64,000 nucleotides of DNA. It comes from Haliotis rufescens (taxonomy: Eukaryota). A program made the position numbers and the translations under genes. Below are positions 61,401 through 64,000 of the stretch, piece after piece. The stretch lies in NCBI RefSeq assembly GCF_023055435.1, contig NW_025963857.1, forward strand, positions 30,070,001 to 30,134,000. The letters run 5' to 3'. Numbering within the stretch: the stretch's first letter is position 1; each line of letters opens with the position of its first letter. The notes beneath the pieces were generated by a model. That model saw only the letters and a program-made list of their open reading frames with translations, was not told the origin of the DNA and searched no databases.

Positions 61401-61704
61401 ATAGTATTACCTGTCCTTCTCGGCTATTTTCCAAGTATCGAATTGTATCGTTTGTAGCGGAAACTGGAAAATAGGAGTCACTATTCTTGAAGAATTTTTT
61501 TACGAATCATTCGTCCTGAATATTTTACTTTGTTTTGTTTTTGTTATTGTTTTAGATTCCTTTCAAGTTTTTACTTTTTATTGCGGTGGGGGATGGGGAT
61601 AGGCGGTGTCTGTTGTTGCTGCTGCTTTTGTTGTTGAGTTTTGTCGGGCTTCTTTGGGTTCTTTTTTTGTGTTTTTTTTGTGTTTTTTATGGGGTATGGT
61701 TTTT

Positions 61705-61865
61705 TTTAAATATGTTCCAGCTGTATGAGGCGGCCTGTAAATATTCGAATCTGGACCATACAAACCCGTGAGCAACGAACCACGCTGTAAACCAAGTCAC
61801 CGAACCTGACCACCCGACCAACACGCCTAGGTTACTGTGGACCAATGTCCCGGACCCCAAGGGTC
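61705..61865 (-). mobile_element. SINE-like family B, highly decayed
   Basis: ttccagctgtatga..tctggacca..accaagtcaccgaacctgaccacccga. Confidence 0.7.
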
Positions 61866-63114
61866 CTAAGTCTTCAGAAGGTATGTTGATTGTAGTTTAA
61901 ATTTACCCTCACTTCACAGACACCCTGATCCACTGCAGCTGACCAAACAGCAGCCCACTTGAAATAAACTGGAATAAAATATAACTGCAGAATTTAACAA
62001 TTAAAAAATTGAATACAATCCGACTAGCACAAACCCCCAAACAGTAACTACTAACGTATGTTCTATCATTAATTTCCTATGTCTAATATCCCCAGGGCTC
62101 GTGTTAGATGTCCGCCTACAGTCAGGTAACGTCTTCACAAAGGTAGCTGCTGGACAATGCCCTTTATAACGGTGCATGAGGGATGCACCTGGACTGTCAG
62201 TAAGGTGTGTTGGTCCTTCGTTATCTCTGACATTTCAAAGGCCAAATAAATATGGAAGTACGCCCATTGAACCACTTGGGCGACAAAAGCACAGGCACCT
62301 TGCCATTGCCCTCGCTATACATGCAGTTGTCAATGACTTTCTTGACAGCAACACCTCACCTTGAAATATCGGGGAAATTGATGATGTTGAAAGGAGAAGT
62401 TTACAAGCGATTATTCTTTATTGGGTAGATGTGTTTGTTTTGGGGAACTGGTTGGGGTGGGGCTCGCCTTGCACGAGACGACCCCGTGACATGCGCAGTA
62501 AGATCGGGGGTGGACACGCGCCGCTCACGGACGAACAAACATGGCCGCGTGCTTGAACGGAACATATTTCATCCAATACTACATGCCCTGAAAATTCACT
62601 TTTTGTTAAAATGGATTTCGTTTTCATTATTCACCGAGCTTTGTTAATTCAGCAAGCGGGCTTGTTATCTTTGCATGTGTGATATTTAAGTAACACCGGA
62701 TAAAGATCAGGATTTATGCTATTTCCATCCTTCCCGGCTGACATTTTCATGATCGTACATCTCTCTCGGCGAAGATGTCAAAATTCGGAAGAATAACGCA
62801 AGGCAGCCTGGATTAAATATACGCCCAAATACTACAATAGAAATGTCAGTGTTTGAAACCTTGACGGTGTATCGTGCCATGAAAATGCCTTGCAAATAAT
62901 TGATACCTTTTACTAGTCTGGCACAATGTATACATAATTACATAAACTGTTTATATAGATATATGGCTATACCATCAGAAGAAGAATTGTTATACAGAGG
63001 GCAATAAGGGTAATGCCGTTATACGTCTTTTAATGCCACGTAATGTCATAGATAATATTTTAATTACCTTGATATTACAGCATCACGTGTTTGGGTAGTG
63101 CAGAACATACTTTA

Positions 63115-63250
63115 CACTTTTCGAACACCTGGTGTCGATTTTCGGTGATCTATTCATGTACTAGACTAAGTATATTTTTGTCTTTTACGCCCAGTGGAAT
63201 CGGGGGATAATCAAGACTGGTTATTCTCTGGCACTGACGTTTTATATTTA
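63115..63250 (+). repeat. Dispersed repeat E2
   Basis: cacttttcgaacacctggtgtcgattttcggtgat..tctctggcactgacgt. Confidence 0.75.
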
Positions 63251-63529
63251 TCAGGGACAAAGTGTGAGCTGAAGGCAACACCAAATTAAATATTAGATTT
63301 AAAAACCAAATTGTGTATTTTTTCAAGACATGAAAGAAGGGAATACACACATAAATTTACTGTGTTTGTGCTTGGGGACAATATAATGATTTGGGGGGTT
63401 TTGTACTGAGGCGGGAGGAGGTGAAAATCTAATATTTTTATGGCCTAAGCATGCGTCTCTATAAACGTTGATTTAGTCGTTGGCTTGCCTTGGCATGTGT
63501 TTGTGACGAGTGCCAGTTGGGCAGGTACC

Positions 63530-63640
63530 CTCGCCTTTTCGAGAACACCTAGTATCATCACTATTTGATGATGATTCATAAACACATAACAGTTGGAATC
63601 GTAAAATCTGCTTTCAGCAGAGATTACTTGTGGCTATGGT
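63530..63640 (-). repeat. Dispersed repeat E1
   Basis: ccttttcgagaacacctagtatcatcactatttgatgatgattcataaacaca..ggaatcgta. Confidence 0.75.
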
Positions 63641-63738
63641 CTGCATTGCCAGATTACTACCGCTATGACGAATGTAACAGAACTATCACTTTAGTTCTCA
63701 TAACCATCACTACGTATTCTTGCTCAATCCTAGTTATA

Positions 63739-64000
63739 GGGGGCAGGAGTGGCCCAGTCGTCAAAGGCCCCGCAATTCACTGTGCAGAGTTGCGTCACTT
63801 GGGCACGCCAGAAACCTATGATTGTGGGTTCGAATTCCGGTTCACCCCGATTATTTTTCTAGGTTTGTCGGCACCATACCCGTTCTCGTGGGTTTCACCG
63901 AAGTGGTAAACGTCTGAGACCTGCACCACTTCGGGCTTTCCCCCCACATTAAGCTGACACGCCGTGATATAACTTGAATACTGTTAAAAGCGGCGTTAAT
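63739..64000 (+). mobile_element. SINE family C, near full length (runs off window)
   Basis: gtggcccagtcgtc A-box region, gggttcgaattcc B-box, tail gccgtgatataacttgaatactgttaaaagcggcgtta. Confidence 0.92.

Overview
Eukaryotic, AT-rich, repeat-dense genomic DNA with five assembly N-gaps. The SINE repertoire suggests a gastropod mollusc, possibly abalone (inference from recalled SINE families, not verified). No host protein-coding gene can be identified with confidence; there are only CpG-rich promoter-like islands and candidate exons. Recognisable coding sequence is all transposon-derived: a young 5'-truncated I/Nimb-type LINE (RT, RNase H, CCHC; 8-bp TSD), two copies of an R4/Dong-like restriction-like-endonuclease retrotransposon, decayed L2/CR1-type RT fragments, a Penelope-like RT fragment, a Tc1 transposase pseudogene and a hAT remnant. 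At least five SINE-like families are present (labelled here A, B, C, a V-domain SINE and a 5S+CORE SINE), plus several MITEs and many minisatellites that begin inside or next to transposons. The most interesting signals are: (1) family B, a TSD-flanked retroposon with no tRNA/5S/7SL head that starts at a fixed nucleotide with a potentially pseudoknotted ~75-nt RNA, a candidate unclassified ribozyme or promoter module; (2) a Penelope-type minimal hammerhead ribozyme inside a foldback; (3) a SINE that has amplified its Pol III B-box into a 7-copy array; (4) two dispersed repeats sharing a double-palindrome end with compensatory changes.
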